From: Bacteroidota bacterium
Lineage (GTDB): Bacteria > Bacteroidota > Bacteroidia > UKL13-3
Length of the DNA stretch: 64,000 bases
Assembly: GCA_040387195.1 (NCBI GenBank)
Contig: JAZKEF010000012.1
Location: forward strand, 124,455-188,454
Direction: 5' to 3'
This document shows, piece by piece, positions 43,201-52,181 of the stretch (position 1 is the first letter of the stretch; each line of letters opens with the position of its first letter). A program made the translations under genes and the position numbers. The notes under the pieces were generated by a model. The model saw nothing but the letters and a program-made list of their open reading frames with translations, did not search any database and had not been told where the DNA came from.

Positions 43201-45429
43201 GATGTATCGCGTGTGACTTTTGACGGAAGCTTTTTGGGCGCAGGACGTTATCTGAATTTTGCAAACAAAGCTGTTACCGGAAGCAATGCCGTATTTCAGC
43301 TATCTGGTTCTACTCCGGTATTAGGTTGCGATAATGTAAATATTAAAAACTGCACAATCTGGACCGACACCGCTTACATGAGCGGTAACAATGGAATCTT
43401 TATAGGAGGTACAACCATTGGTGTATCTACCGGCACACAACAGGGAATCAGCAACAGGAATATTACCATTGCAAACAACTCCATCAGCAAAGCCTTTAAT
43501 GGTATTCTGGTAAACGGATCTGCCAGTGTTCCCAGTACAAATATTTCGATTACCGACAATGAAATCGGTCACGACTCATCCACAAAATACATTGGAGCGA
43601 ACGGAATCTTTCTTCGCGGAGTAACCAACAGCAAAATTTCGGGGAACAAAATTTTTAACATTATCAATCCTTACAACAATGTGTTATCGGCAATCAACTG
43701 TGATCAGGATGTTACGCAGACCGCTCTTTCAGCCAACAAAATCAGTAATATTGTTCATACGGCTGCTGCCAGTGTTGCGGTGTATGGCATCTATTCCAAA
43801 ACAGCAACAAACAACTTCCTCACGATTAGCAATAATGCCATCTCTAAAATCCTCGGACAAGGAGCATCAACGGATATTGCTACAGGGCCGGTGGCCTTGT
43901 TCATCAACAATGGTGACAATAGCAAGATTCTTAATAATTCGGTAACGCTAAGTGGAAACAGGCTCGAAAACACAGTTGGTGGTGCATATTCAGCCTGTTT
44001 GTATGTAAGAAATACGGTTGCGAATCTTACGGTATCCAATAATATATTCAAGAATGTAATGACTTCCTCAAACACAGTTGGTGTGGGAAATAATTTTGCC
44101 ATTGTAACAGGTTCCACCAATGTTAATTCATTCGGAGTGCTCAATAATAACCTTTACTATGTAGGCTCAACAACACCGGGAATGGTTAGTGCACTTGCAC
44201 TCACAGGAAGCACCGTTCGTGCAGACCTCCATGCATGGAGACAATATTCGTTACTCGACAAAAATAGTTTGTGGGGAGAACCGGGATACCTGGCCGATTC
44301 GATTGTTGAACCCAATCCATCCGATATTAATGTATGGCATATCAATGGCCGCGGATACCCGATGGCTGCAGTTGACAAGGATATTCTGAACAACCCCAGA
44401 AGTACAACACTTGCAGGTGGATCTACGGATATCGGAGCTTATGAAGTAACTCCGGTATCCGTTCCACCTAATGCAAATGCAACTGCATTACCTGCGCCCA
44501 ATACCACCACGTATTATACTTTGGGTAATGATACCCTTGCTTCGATGGCTTGGGCGGCAGCAAGTACGGTACCTTCTTCCATCAGTGTAAAATATTATTC
44601 GGGAACAATTCCTCCTTCAACAACTTCTGGTTCACGATACCTCAATACTTATTGGGATATTCAAGCTGTACCAAGTACCGGATTGAACTATACCCTTACA
44701 TTGTTTTACAAGGGAGAATCCATGCATACACTTAATGCAGAATCTGCTCTTGCGATGGCACAAAAAGATGGATCCAACCCATGGAATCCGTTTTTGGCCG
44801 GAGCAACAGTTTTGAATACAACGCTTGACCGTATGGCTGTTGCAGGGATGCCAAATGTTGGAATTTTTACCGGAACAGATACTTCCGTTTCACTTCCTGT
44901 TACACTGATTGGTTTTACCGGAAAAAGAATGCATGAGGATGTACAACTGCGCTGGACAACTGTTTCTGAAAAAGACTTCAGCCTGTTTACCATTGAGCGT
45001 TCTGATGATGGAAAAACATTTGAGGCCATTGGCGATGTAAAGGCTATTGGGAATAGCAATACAACCCACCATTACCAATTCATCGATGCAAATGCAAAAC
45101 AGCCCGATTTATTCTATCGACTACATCTGGTAGACAACGATGGTACTTCTGATTATTCAACCATTATTCATTTGACGGATGGAGAAACTTCCGGTGAAGA
45201 AACATTCATGGTATACCCTAATCCATTCTCCGAAAAGATTGTTGTAACCATAGCAGGAAACGACAGTCGTGTTATTTCATTAAAAGATGTTACAGGCAAA
45301 ACGATGTATGAGCAAACGATTACCGGAGCAGGAAACCATGAGGTAACGATTCCTTATTATGTAAATGCAGGTATTTACTTTTTACATGATAGCGGAACAG
45401 GGAAAACTACGAAGGTCATTCGAGAGTAG
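40237..45429 (+). CDS. Giant secreted beta-helix protein with a T9SS C-terminal sorting domain (about 1730 aa)
   Basis: Signal peptide MKRLSTILFALLCFSSLSYG; dozens of N-x-x-I/G-I-Y parallel beta-helix-like repeats; C-terminus VYPNPFSEKIVVTI...GIYFLH...KVIRE typical of Por/T9SS CTDs. Start taken at the ATG at 40237. Confidence 0.75.
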   Translation: MKRLSTILFALLCFSSLSYGQLSGIKTVGGVSPDYATISAAVTALNVNGVAFGGVTFNIVAGHTETANNLTITTTTGADTSTIVFQKSGIGANPLITAAPGTSTTVDGIIKIAGTDYITFDGIDLLDPTTNTTTTTRSEWGYAILKGSAMNGAQHVTIRNCTVTLQKAYASTKAIYCGNHLTTSASALTVTNQTGTNSYIDIYGNNLTNCYTGIYTIGATNATYYDDSLRIGTYGQNVITNFGGTTTIAYGIYVQNFKYAEIMNDSVNGGVGTTRDLIGIYAATGTNCNALIQNNYIQIGFSPSSYDGYGIYYAAGTAANTVVIDHNTIKNCSIAGSISDFFSIWVSTPAATTISNNTVGFNTGSMSIGSFYQIYTVVASATLNIHSNTIMNNSVTPGTGGASYGIYATGAGNIYNNIITENANSGSNGSYYAIYANAGGNIYGNEIDSNITGTSSSANYGIYTLGGAASIYKNTIYELITAGSGVVQGIALAATTNVMYSVYQNKIYGLTSTSNSSVVSGIVQSGASTATIDNNLIGLLTSGASTTTTNGINGINITSSTTGTTSNIYHNSIYLSATSTGGTNCILLNTAVSATVANNLLVNLSGAGTTTNRAACLLKRTSATFTTYMPASDHNFFFLGAPGTYRYVYYDGTTAHQSLPMFQLYAVNQDQSSISQNITFASLTGSATNFLLPQDTTYTESAGKIIAGLERDYTTTNPRATYPITGQLNGGGGAPDIGAYEADHIFVDIFPPSIHFTPIGKSLISSTKLLDSVKIFDPSGINLGSGSVPRLYYKKSTETNALAFTNNASANGWKYVETPNTSYPYTFVIDYSLLYLTGAVSDGDIIQYFVVAQDNSTTPKVGIKGAALAAAAPSVVLTSAQFPVTTGYSYTLKSAGIPASVTVGSGSTYTSFTQPGGLFEAINNGIVTGNITATVTSDILTETGTIALNKFTEEGPGVGTYTLTIQPAAPTVYTISGTYSLGGLFRLMDVSRVTFDGSFLGAGRYLNFANKAVTGSNAVFQLSGSTPVLGCDNVNIKNCTIWTDTAYMSGNNGIFIGGTTIGVSTGTQQGISNRNITIANNSISKAFNGILVNGSASVPSTNISITDNEIGHDSSTKYIGANGIFLRGVTNSKISGNKIFNIINPYNNVLSAINCDQDVTQTALSANKISNIVHTAAASVAVYGIYSKTATNNFLTISNNAISKILGQGASTDIATGPVALFINNGDNSKILNNSVTLSGNRLENTVGGAYSACLYVRNTVANLTVSNNIFKNVMTSSNTVGVGNNFAIVTGSTNVNSFGVLNNNLYYVGSTTPGMVSALALTGSTVRADLHAWRQYSLLDKNSLWGEPGYLADSIVEPNPSDINVWHINGRGYPMAAVDKDILNNPRSTTLAGGSTDIGAYEVTPVSVPPNANATALPAPNTTTYYTLGNDTLASMAWAAASTVPSSISVKYYSGTIPPSTTSGSRYLNTYWDIQAVPSTGLNYTLTLFYKGESMHTLNAESALAMAQKDGSNPWNPFLAGATVLNTTLDRMAVAGMPNVGIFTGTDTSVSLPVTLIGFTGKRMHEDVQLRWTTVSEKDFSLFTIERSDDGKTFEAIGDVKAIGNSNTTHHYQFIDANAKQPDLFYRLHLVDNDGTSDYSTIIHLTDGETSGEETFMVYPNPFSEKIVVTIAGNDSRVISLKDVTGKTMYEQTITGAGNHEVTIPYYVNAGIYFLHDSGTGKTTKVIRE

Positions 45430-45576
45430 CTATTGACTATTGGAGAGAAGTCTCCCGGAATAGTGTTGCCGCTGATTACGCTATTTGAAATATATTATCA
45501 GAAAGTTTAGATTCTCTTATAATTAATTAAATCTGCGGCTTCACCTTATTCAGTTCTCATTATTTTACGTTGCCGA

Positions 45577-46242
45577 TTAATCTGAGTACACCTTGAAGTA
45601 GTCATTGCGGATGGCATACACCACTAAGCCGGCCAGGTTTTTGGATCCGGTTTTATCGAACAGTATCTGGCGGTGGCGTTTTACTGTTTTGGGAGAGATG
45701 AACAGTCTTTCACCGATTTCATCTGTTGAATGTTGCTCGCAGATCAGTTTCATGATCTCGATCTCACGTTCCGAAATTTTTTCCTGTCCTGTGATTTCCT
45801 TTTTTACCTTTTCCCGGTTGAGGAGTGTTTTGAACAATGATTCATGTACATCCCTGCTGTAATATTGTTCGCCCTCGTGTGCCAGTTTTAACGCTTTGGT
45901 TAATTCGATTGCATCTGTGTTTTTGATAATATATCCTGCCACCCCAATATCATACAACTCAATGATATAGCGGGCATGCGTAAACATGGTAAGCACAATT
46001 ACTTTTTTCTCCGGATACTTATCCCGAATGATCTTGGTGGCTGCAATACCATCCATCACCGGCATTTCGATATCCATAAAGATAATGTCTACCGATGGAT
46101 CTGCTTCAAGCGCATCCAATACTTCGAGACCATTTTGAGCCGTTGTAATCTTACCTACAATGTTAATTTTTTTGAGCGTTGCCTTCAACCCATCCCTGAA
46201 TATGGGATGGTCGTCTGCAATAATGAGATTGATTTTTTCCAT
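45577..46242 (-). CDS. Response regulator, NarL/LuxR family
   Basis: REC domain (IIADDHPIFRDG, phospho-acceptor D in FMDIEMP) plus a C-terminal LuxR HTH. Confidence 0.85.
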   Translation of the reverse strand: MEKINLIIADDHPIFRDGLKATLKKINIVGKITTAQNGLEVLDALEADPSVDIIFMDIEMPVMDGIAATKIIRDKYPEKKVIVLTMFTHARYIIELYDIGVAGYIIKNTDAIELTKALKLAHEGEQYYSRDVHESLFKTLLNREKVKKEITGQEKISEREIEIMKLICEQHSTDEIGERLFISPKTVKRHRQILFDKTGSKNLAGLVVYAIRNDYFKVYSD

Positions 46243-46254
46243 TGTGTTTAAACT

Positions 46255-47016
46255 TTAATCTAACTCAGCCGGGATCCGAAGCACATAGGTTGTTCCGCTT
46301 CCTGTACCGGACATCAATTTACAACTTGCCTGAATAAGCTTCATCCGCCCTTCAATGTTTTTTAATCCGATTCCGGTAAGTTTATGTTGTTCGATAACTT
46401 GCCGGTCAAATCCTTTTCCGTCATCCGAAATCCTTACTTCCAGCAATCCATCTGCATAATTTGTATTCACCGAAACGGTTTGTGCTTCGCTGTATTTAAC
46501 TGCATTGTTGATGATTTCCTGAACAGCCCTGAACACATGGATCTGTTTGTATTCTTCTATATTCAGTTTACCCTCCACCTTGTTTGTAAACACAATACCT
46601 GTGCGTCCATTCTTTGAAAAAAACTGGCAGCAATCTTCAATGGCATCGATCAACCCAAATGTATACAACACCTTTGGCATCAGATCATAGGATGCGGAAC
46701 GCAAATCATCGATGATACCGTTGATCATTTTGGCGTTATCGCTTTTAAACGTTTGGAGATCCATATCGGCATCAAACAAATCGATGTTGAATTTTAAGCC
46801 TGATAACAACGGGCCAACCTGATCGTGCAAATCGCGCGCAACCCGTTCCTTCTCCTTCTCCTGCGCATCGAGTATGGCTTTAAAAATTTCGTTCTGTTTG
46901 TTTTGTTGCTGCCTCAGATACCGGTATGATAACAGGATGATGGCAATTGACAACCCAAATAACGTAATGGTGCTCACGATGACCGTGAGCATAATATTCA
47001 CTTGTTGGTCTTCCAT
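46255..47016 (-). CDS. Sensor histidine kinase (HisKA_3 + HATPase_c) with one TM segment
   Basis: H-box RDLHDQVGPLLSG; ATPase N/G boxes; start chosen at the Met of MEDQQ (47016). The ORF-track start at 47178 is a TTG. Confidence 0.7.
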   Translation of the reverse strand: MEDQQVNIMLTVIVSTITLFGLSIAIILLSYRYLRQQQNKQNEIFKAILDAQEKEKERVARDLHDQVGPLLSGLKFNIDLFDADMDLQTFKSDNAKMINGIIDDLRSASYDLMPKVLYTFGLIDAIEDCCQFFSKNGRTGIVFTNKVEGKLNIEEYKQIHVFRAVQEIINNAVKYSEAQTVSVNTNYADGLLEVRISDDGKGFDRQVIEQHKLTGIGLKNIEGRMKLIQASCKLMSGTGSGTTYVLRIPAELD

Positions 47017-47615
47017 AATAAGGCTTTTGTAAACATCCATATTGTAACCAGCATAACGAGCAAATTGTATATCCGAAAGTAGATCTTTCCCCAAACAGTA
47101 TCCAATATCATATGCTTGAGTAAAAAATAAAGACTCAGTTCCGAAAGGGAATAAATGATAAAGCCGCACAACAACCAAAACACCCCCAGTTCCATGGCAT
47201 TGTCGGTATCAGGTGCCGTTAAGGTAAACAATTGCACCAATGAGGAGAAGCCGACAAATCCATAAATAAGAATACTGCTGTAAGCATTCCAGAAACTATG
47301 GGATTGGTAAATGGCCCCAACGGATAATACCAGTACGATCCAGAAAAGTGCCTGATGCATACGTGATATCCGCACACCCTGCTTAATACCCCAATAATAC
47401 ACACAGAGGCTCACCACATCCATTATATTGTATACAATATAATTGTGAATACCGTTGAGTGCAAACAAACTGGCGATTATGCCTGCCACCACAATTACTA
47501 ATGCATACCAATAAAGCATCTTGAAATAGGGTGATTCAAGACGCTTTGTGTGCCTCAGGTACAATACCATCGGAATGATCCAGATGAACTGGGATATGTA
47601 AGAAATAACTTTCAA
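46998..47615 (-). CDS. Polytopic membrane protein (~6 TM), a possible sensor module of the downstream kinase
   Basis: 205 aa, hydrophobic throughout. The 3' end overlaps the kinase ORF in another frame (19-180 nt), so this is either two genes or one frameshifted gene. Confidence 0.5.
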   Translation of the reverse strand: MKVISYISQFIWIIPMVLYLRHTKRLESPYFKMLYWYALVIVVAGIIASLFALNGIHNYIVYNIMDVVSLCVYYWGIKQGVRISRMHQALFWIVLVLSVGAIYQSHSFWNAYSSILIYGFVGFSSLVQLFTLTAPDTDNAMELGVFWLLCGFIIYSLSELSLYFLLKHMILDTVWGKIYFRIYNLLVMLVTIWMFTKALLWKTNK

Positions 47616-47957
47616 TTAGCAGTTCAGGCTATTATCCTCTGAACAATCCGGAGGACATGCAATCCCCTTATCGAGCACAATATCTTCACACTGGTCATTG
47701 CCTGCTTCGTTCACTCCCACCAATACCAACTTGGGTACTCCCTGATTTGATAATCCGTAATAGATCCTGATTCCGATACAATCGGTTTGATTAAGGATGG
47801 CCTGGATGCCTTCTGTGCCGAAAAACTGTGCTTTAACATACACCGTTTCCGTTTGAGCATCGCGGTAGTTTGCAGTTAGGTTGGAAGCTTCCAACAGATC
47901 AATCTCATGATCTTTTAATCTTCTTTTCTTGAGTTTCGTAGGTTTCTTAGGTTTCAT
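47616..47957 (-). CDS. Hypothetical 113-aa basic protein, first gene of the two-component operon
   Basis: Stop abuts the next start; Cys-rich C-terminus. Confidence 0.4.
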   Translation of the reverse strand: MKPKKPTKLKKRRLKDHEIDLLEASNLTANYRDAQTETVYVKAQFFGTEGIQAILNQTDCIGIRIYYGLSNQGVPKLVLVGVNEAGNDQCEDIVLDKGIACPPDCSEDNSLNC

Positions 47958-48023
47958 GGCTATTTGTTTTTAAGAACGTGATTGAAAAAGTATGCACAAG
48001 TTAGCTATTGGGCACATTAATCA

Positions 48024-48138
48024 AATACCAAAAATACAAACTCATCATAACAAGAAGTATAAAATCCTCCAACTTCCATTTTTTGGTACTAAAGAACCAA
48101 TTCTTTGGTCCTTTAGTACCAATTTTATTTTTGGTATA
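48024..48138. promoter_or_regulatory. Operator-like array of TTGGTA(C/T)/TACCAA inverted repeats in a divergent promoter region
   Basis: Inner 40-bp palindrome TTGGTACTAAAG-N16-CTTTAGTACCAA (48083-48122) with a nested ACCAA/TTGGT; outer inverted repeat AATACCAAAAATA (48024-48036) / TATTTTTGGTATA (48126-48138). Confidence 0.45.
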
Positions 48139-48210
48139 AAAGCCCCATAAGAAGCAATCTTCTTCTTTCCATCTTTACACCTGTAATTGATATCCTAATC
48201 TACTCACATT

Positions 48211-48483
48211 ATGAAAACGTATCACTCAGAAACAGGTAATGATCAAAAAGGGAATCCGAACACCCTGCTATTTATCCTCAGATCGGGGGTAATGGTTGGT
48301 TTGCTGGTTTGTGGATTTTTTCCGGCCAACAATTCCATGGCAACTGCTAATGAAGCAGTCCCAAACACCCTATATATAACGGCTGCTCCTTCAGTTCTTC
48401 CACAACCTGCAGAACCTGCCTGTATACATATATACAACACATCATCCAGCAAGGCTACCCCAAGGCACTCACCTAGTTTTTAA
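48211..48483 (+). CDS. Hypothetical 90-aa protein (doubtful)
   Basis: ORF only; one hydrophobic segment. Confidence 0.2.
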   Translation: MKTYHSETGNDQKGNPNTLLFILRSGVMVGLLVCGFFPANNSMATANEAVPNTLYITAAPSVLPQPAEPACIHIYNTSSSKATPRHSPSF

Positions 48484-48511
48484 AAGCCAGCCACAGGATA
48501 CAAACTGATAG

Positions 48512-48844
48512 ATGATGCAGAACAGAAAATACAATACCAACAAACAGGGAGAAACCTGGAGCGAAGCCGATAAAAAAAACGTATGGGTGAAGGGACGGGT
48601 AATACCGGGTTTTTACCATGGCATCGTGCGGTGGGACAAATGTGGCAAGGTGATACAATACACAGCATTCGGTAACCGGGAAGCAGCGTACGGATGGGAG
48701 ATTGATCATATCCACCCGGTGGCGGAAGGCGGTGATGACGAAATCCTGAATCTGCAACCCCTCCATTGGACAAATAATGCGGCAAAAGGAGACAGTGTGA
48801 ACTGGATTTGTCCACCCATGCCCGTAAACGAAATGCCCCGATAA
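48512..48844 (+). CDS. Small HNH-type nuclease-domain protein lacking zinc-binding cysteines
   Basis: GWEIDHIHPVAEGGDDEILNLQPLHWTNNAAKGD matches the HNH beta-beta-alpha core (DH...N...N) but has no Cys zinc ligands. Confidence 0.5.
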   Translation: MMQNRKYNTNKQGETWSEADKKNVWVKGRVIPGFYHGIVRWDKCGKVIQYTAFGNREAAYGWEIDHIHPVAEGGDDEILNLQPLHWTNNAAKGDSVNWICPPMPVNEMPR

Positions 48845-48851
48845 CAAAACG

Positions 48852-49124
48852 ATGAACGCACTTAGAAACAACACCATAACACCCATACTCATGACAACTC
48901 AACTAAACATCGGAGGAGAATCATCTATTGATAACTACCACATCGGTGAAGGTTTCATTATTGTAGTTTACAAAGCCGGCTATGGCTATTTATACAATGC
49001 GATAAAGCCGGGATCAACCATTGTGGACCAAATGATCAGGGTGGCAAAAGCTGAAGCTGTAGAAGGTTTGGGCCAATACATTCAAAGTCATGTAAGAGGA
49101 AATTATTATCAAAAACTGCGATAG
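48852..49124 (+). CDS. Hypothetical 90-aa protein
   Basis: ORF only. Confidence 0.25.
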   Translation: MNALRNNTITPILMTTQLNIGGESSIDNYHIGEGFIIVVYKAGYGYLYNAIKPGSTIVDQMIRVAKAEAVEGLGQYIQSHVRGNYYQKLR

Positions 49125-49611
49125 CAACAGTACACGGAGGTTGCCAAAAATCCGATGAAGAGTAGGCATAAAAATACACAACAACATGTTTGGCTTAGGA
49201 AGCGCAGAACTCATTGTTATCGGATTACTCTTGTTTGTAGTTCTCGGTATCCCATACACACTAGGATACTACACAGGACTTTCCAAAGGGCGCAGGGAAT
49301 CGTTACGGAACAATAATGCATTTAAAAATTTACAATAAACCGATCGAAATATTGATTGAACATATAGATGGCCCATACACCACACAACAACAGGTAAACA
49401 AACGTTACCCCCAATTACCTGTGTGTGGTGTAGCGGGCCCGCCCTAATATTCATGATGTAAAAACATGATCACTATCTAAGAAGCATAACTTGCCATAAA
49501 TAAAACATGACTCACTCAGGAAAAACATAGTCAGTTATTAAAAAATATAACTCCATGCTCTGGAAGATTCCACCTCTTTTTATTTCCTGAATTTACCCGC
49601 ATATTGCATCC

Positions 49612-50571
49612 ATGCTTCTTTACAACACTACCAAATGGATGATGCGGAACGGACTGCGGCTGTTTTTCCGCAAACTGCATATTGACGGACTGGAGCATGT
49701 GCCCGAAAAAGGTCCCGTATTATTGGTAGCCAATCACCCCAATGCTTTTCTGGATGCGTTGCTTATTGCTTCGTTCACCAAACGTCCCATTCATTTCTTA
49801 GCACGTGGGGATGCTTTTCGCATTCCGGTGTTGGGTGCCATTTTCAGGTCGTACAATATGCTTCCTGTTTACCGTATCAGTGAAGGAAAAGAAAACCTCA
49901 GTAAAAACACTTCCACGTTTGATGCCTCCCAGGTCCAACTCCAACAACAAGGCATGGTGCTTATTTTCGGGGAAGGTAGGTGCGAACAGAACTGGGATTT
50001 ACGTCCGCTCAAAAAAGGTCCGGCCCGGATTGCCGAACGAGCGTGGAATGATCCGCAATCGGAAAATTTGGTAGTCATTCCCATCGGTTTAACATACGAA
50101 CATTTTGAAGGTGGCGGCAAATCGATGGTGATGCGTTTTGGAAAACCTATTACCAAAAGCGATAACGGCAACAACGTTTCGGGAGCTGCTTTTGTAAAGT
50201 GGCTTAATGGTAAGTTGCGCGAACAATTCAACACCATTGCATATGTAAATCCAAAACTGCAACCGCAAAGTGCCGGTCATGATACATTGATGCAAAACTG
50301 GAAACATGCCGAGGAACACAACCTCAATATCCTTACAACACTCCATCAACCGCCAACAGGGATAAAACCTATTTCAGCCTCCTGGTTACCATCCGCTTTT
50401 CATAAGGGATTGGTAACGTTGCCGCATTACTGGATGATGCAACGCATCAGCAAACTGTTTACCGCAGGAACCATCTTTTATGATTCGATCTTTTTTGCAC
50501 TGTTGGTTTTGTTGCTGCCGTTTTATATCGGAACGATTGTGTACCTGATTGCAATGTTCTTATCAGCGTAA
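49612..50571 (+). CDS. plsC: 1-acyl-sn-glycerol-3-phosphate acyltransferase family
   Basis: HXXXXD acyltransferase motif (NHPNAFLD); C-terminal TM segment. Confidence 0.8.
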   Translation: MLLYNTTKWMMRNGLRLFFRKLHIDGLEHVPEKGPVLLVANHPNAFLDALLIASFTKRPIHFLARGDAFRIPVLGAIFRSYNMLPVYRISEGKENLSKNTSTFDASQVQLQQQGMVLIFGEGRCEQNWDLRPLKKGPARIAERAWNDPQSENLVVIPIGLTYEHFEGGGKSMVMRFGKPITKSDNGNNVSGAAFVKWLNGKLREQFNTIAYVNPKLQPQSAGHDTLMQNWKHAEEHNLNILTTLHQPPTGIKPISASWLPSAFHKGLVTLPHYWMMQRISKLFTAGTIFYDSIFFALLVLLLPFYIGTIVYLIAMFLSA

Positions 50572-50911
50572 TTAGCGAAATCTGCGGGAGACATTTGCTC
50601 GCGACAATGCATGGTCGACCGTGAATATATGTCACCCCTAAAGGGGTTTTATGGTCGCATGGAATGGCTTTTCTATTGATGTTAGACCCACTCCGGGGTC
50701 GATTTTTCTTTGAATAATCATTCTGCTTAATAAGACCATTCTGTTTCTAACCAGCCATATTATATGACTCATTCAAAACCGTATTAAACAAACTATTGCA
50801 AACAACATCAATGTTCTTATCAGCGTAATTAGCGAAATCTGCGGGAAACCCTTCACAGTCGACTATGCATTGTCGCGAGAAAATATTGCCCGTAGATTTC
50901 GCTAATTACGC
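50552..50911. mobile_element. MITE-like non-coding element: 54-bp imperfect terminal inverted repeats plus a 38-bp direct repeat overlapping the plsC stop
   Basis: Left TIR 50565-50620 versus right TIR 50858-50911, about 88% identical in reverse complement. Direct repeat CAATGTTCTTATCAGCGTAATTAGCGAAATCTGCGGGA at 50552-50589 and 50809-50846. No ORF. Confidence 0.45.
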
Positions 50912-50957
50912 AGATTTTTTAAAACGCAATTCCAAACGTCAAACATAAATTACGTGT

Positions 50958-52181
50958 TTACTGAAACCGGATGGCTTTGATCGGAGTTACTTTGGAAACG
51001 AAAGCTGCGGGTAATAACAATACGAGGTAGCAGATGATGAAACTTCCGAGATTGATGAACAATACATCGGTCCATTTTAAGAGAATGGGAACTTCGCTCA
51101 GGTAATAGGCATCCTGTGAGAGTTTAAACCAACCACCATAATATTGCGATAAACAGATACCTATACCTGCAATATTTCCGATGATCATTCCCCATACAAT
51201 AAGATACGAAACCATGTACACAAAAATGCGTGATACACTTTGGTTATTGGCCCCCATGGCCTTAAGCAATCCAATCATATTGCTGCGCTCCACAATTAAA
51301 ATAAGCAATGCCGTTGCCATGTTGATACAAGCCACAATAATCATGAGGATGATGATGACCCATACATTCAGATCGAGTAAACTGAGCCAGTCGAACAATT
51401 GCGGAAACAGATCGCGGATGGTATGAATCTCCAAATTATAGGGTAACAAACTAAGTAACTCTGTTGATACCAGGTCGATGTCCGCATGGTTTTTCAATCC
51501 CACTTCATACCCGCTCACCGCATATTCCGACCATTGGTTGAGGCGTTGTACCTGTTGTATATCCACAAACGCATACAACTTATCCATCTCTTCCAATCCG
51601 GTATTATACAACCCTACAATTAAAAACTTACGCACACGCGGAGGCTCTTGTGCAATGTATAAAAGCACATGATCGCCCACCTTGAGTTTGAGTTTATCGG
51701 CCAGCACTTTGGAAAGCAAAATGGTATTGGAAACACTATCGGGATGCAACGAAAGTGTGCTCCCCGATACAAGGTGCTGTTGCAGGAAACGCCAGTCGTA
51801 GGCCGAATCCACACCTTTAAGCACCACACCAGAAAAATCTTCTTTTGTTTTTAAAATTCCTGCTTTGATGGCAAAGGGTTGCAGGTGTGTAACCCCATCA
51901 TTTTGTTGAAGGAGTTTCTCCAAAACAGTATCCCTGTATATGGGAGTTGTTTCGAAGGAATTGTTCATATCCAGACTCGATATTTGTATATGCGTGCTGA
52001 AACCGATAATTTTACTCCGGATTTCAGACTGATACCCTTTCACGATTGCAATGGAGATAATCATCACTGCAATACTTAAAGCAACAGCTCCGGTGGCAAT
52101 GCGGATAATTAACCGCGAAGTTCCGGAACCTTTTTGCAACGAAAGACGTCTTGCTATAATATATGAAAAACTTGAACCCAT
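50958..52181 (-). CDS. lolE: LolC/LolE-type (FtsX-like) ABC transporter permease
   Basis: 407 aa; N-terminal TM, periplasmic domain, three C-terminal TM segments. Confidence 0.7.
   Translation of the reverse strand: MGSSFSYIIARRLSLQKGSGTSRLIIRIATGAVALSIAVMIISIAIVKGYQSEIRSKIIGFSTHIQISSLDMNNSFETTPIYRDTVLEKLLQQNDGVTHLQPFAIKAGILKTKEDFSGVVLKGVDSAYDWRFLQQHLVSGSTLSLHPDSVSNTILLSKVLADKLKLKVGDHVLLYIAQEPPRVRKFLIVGLYNTGLEEMDKLYAFVDIQQVQRLNQWSEYAVSGYEVGLKNHADIDLVSTELLSLLPYNLEIHTIRDLFPQLFDWLSLLDLNVWVIIILMIIVACINMATALLILIVERSNMIGLLKAMGANNQSVSRIFVYMVSYLIVWGMIIGNIAGIGICLSQYYGGWFKLSQDAYYLSEVPILLKWTDVLFINLGSFIICYLVLLLPAAFVSKVTPIKAIRFQ

Noticed and set aside
48473-48902. Two overlapping minus-strand ORFs of about 140 aa
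   Set aside because: Antisense to the HNH-like ORF and Cys/His-rich from GC skew only. The HNH motif on the plus strand is the better-supported reading.
49186-49347. 53-aa small membrane ORF (MFGLGSAELIVIGLLLFVVLGIPYTLGYY...) as TatA
   Set aside because: It has one TM and a basic tail but lacks the TatA F-G/K-rich hinge pattern. Left unannotated as doubtful.
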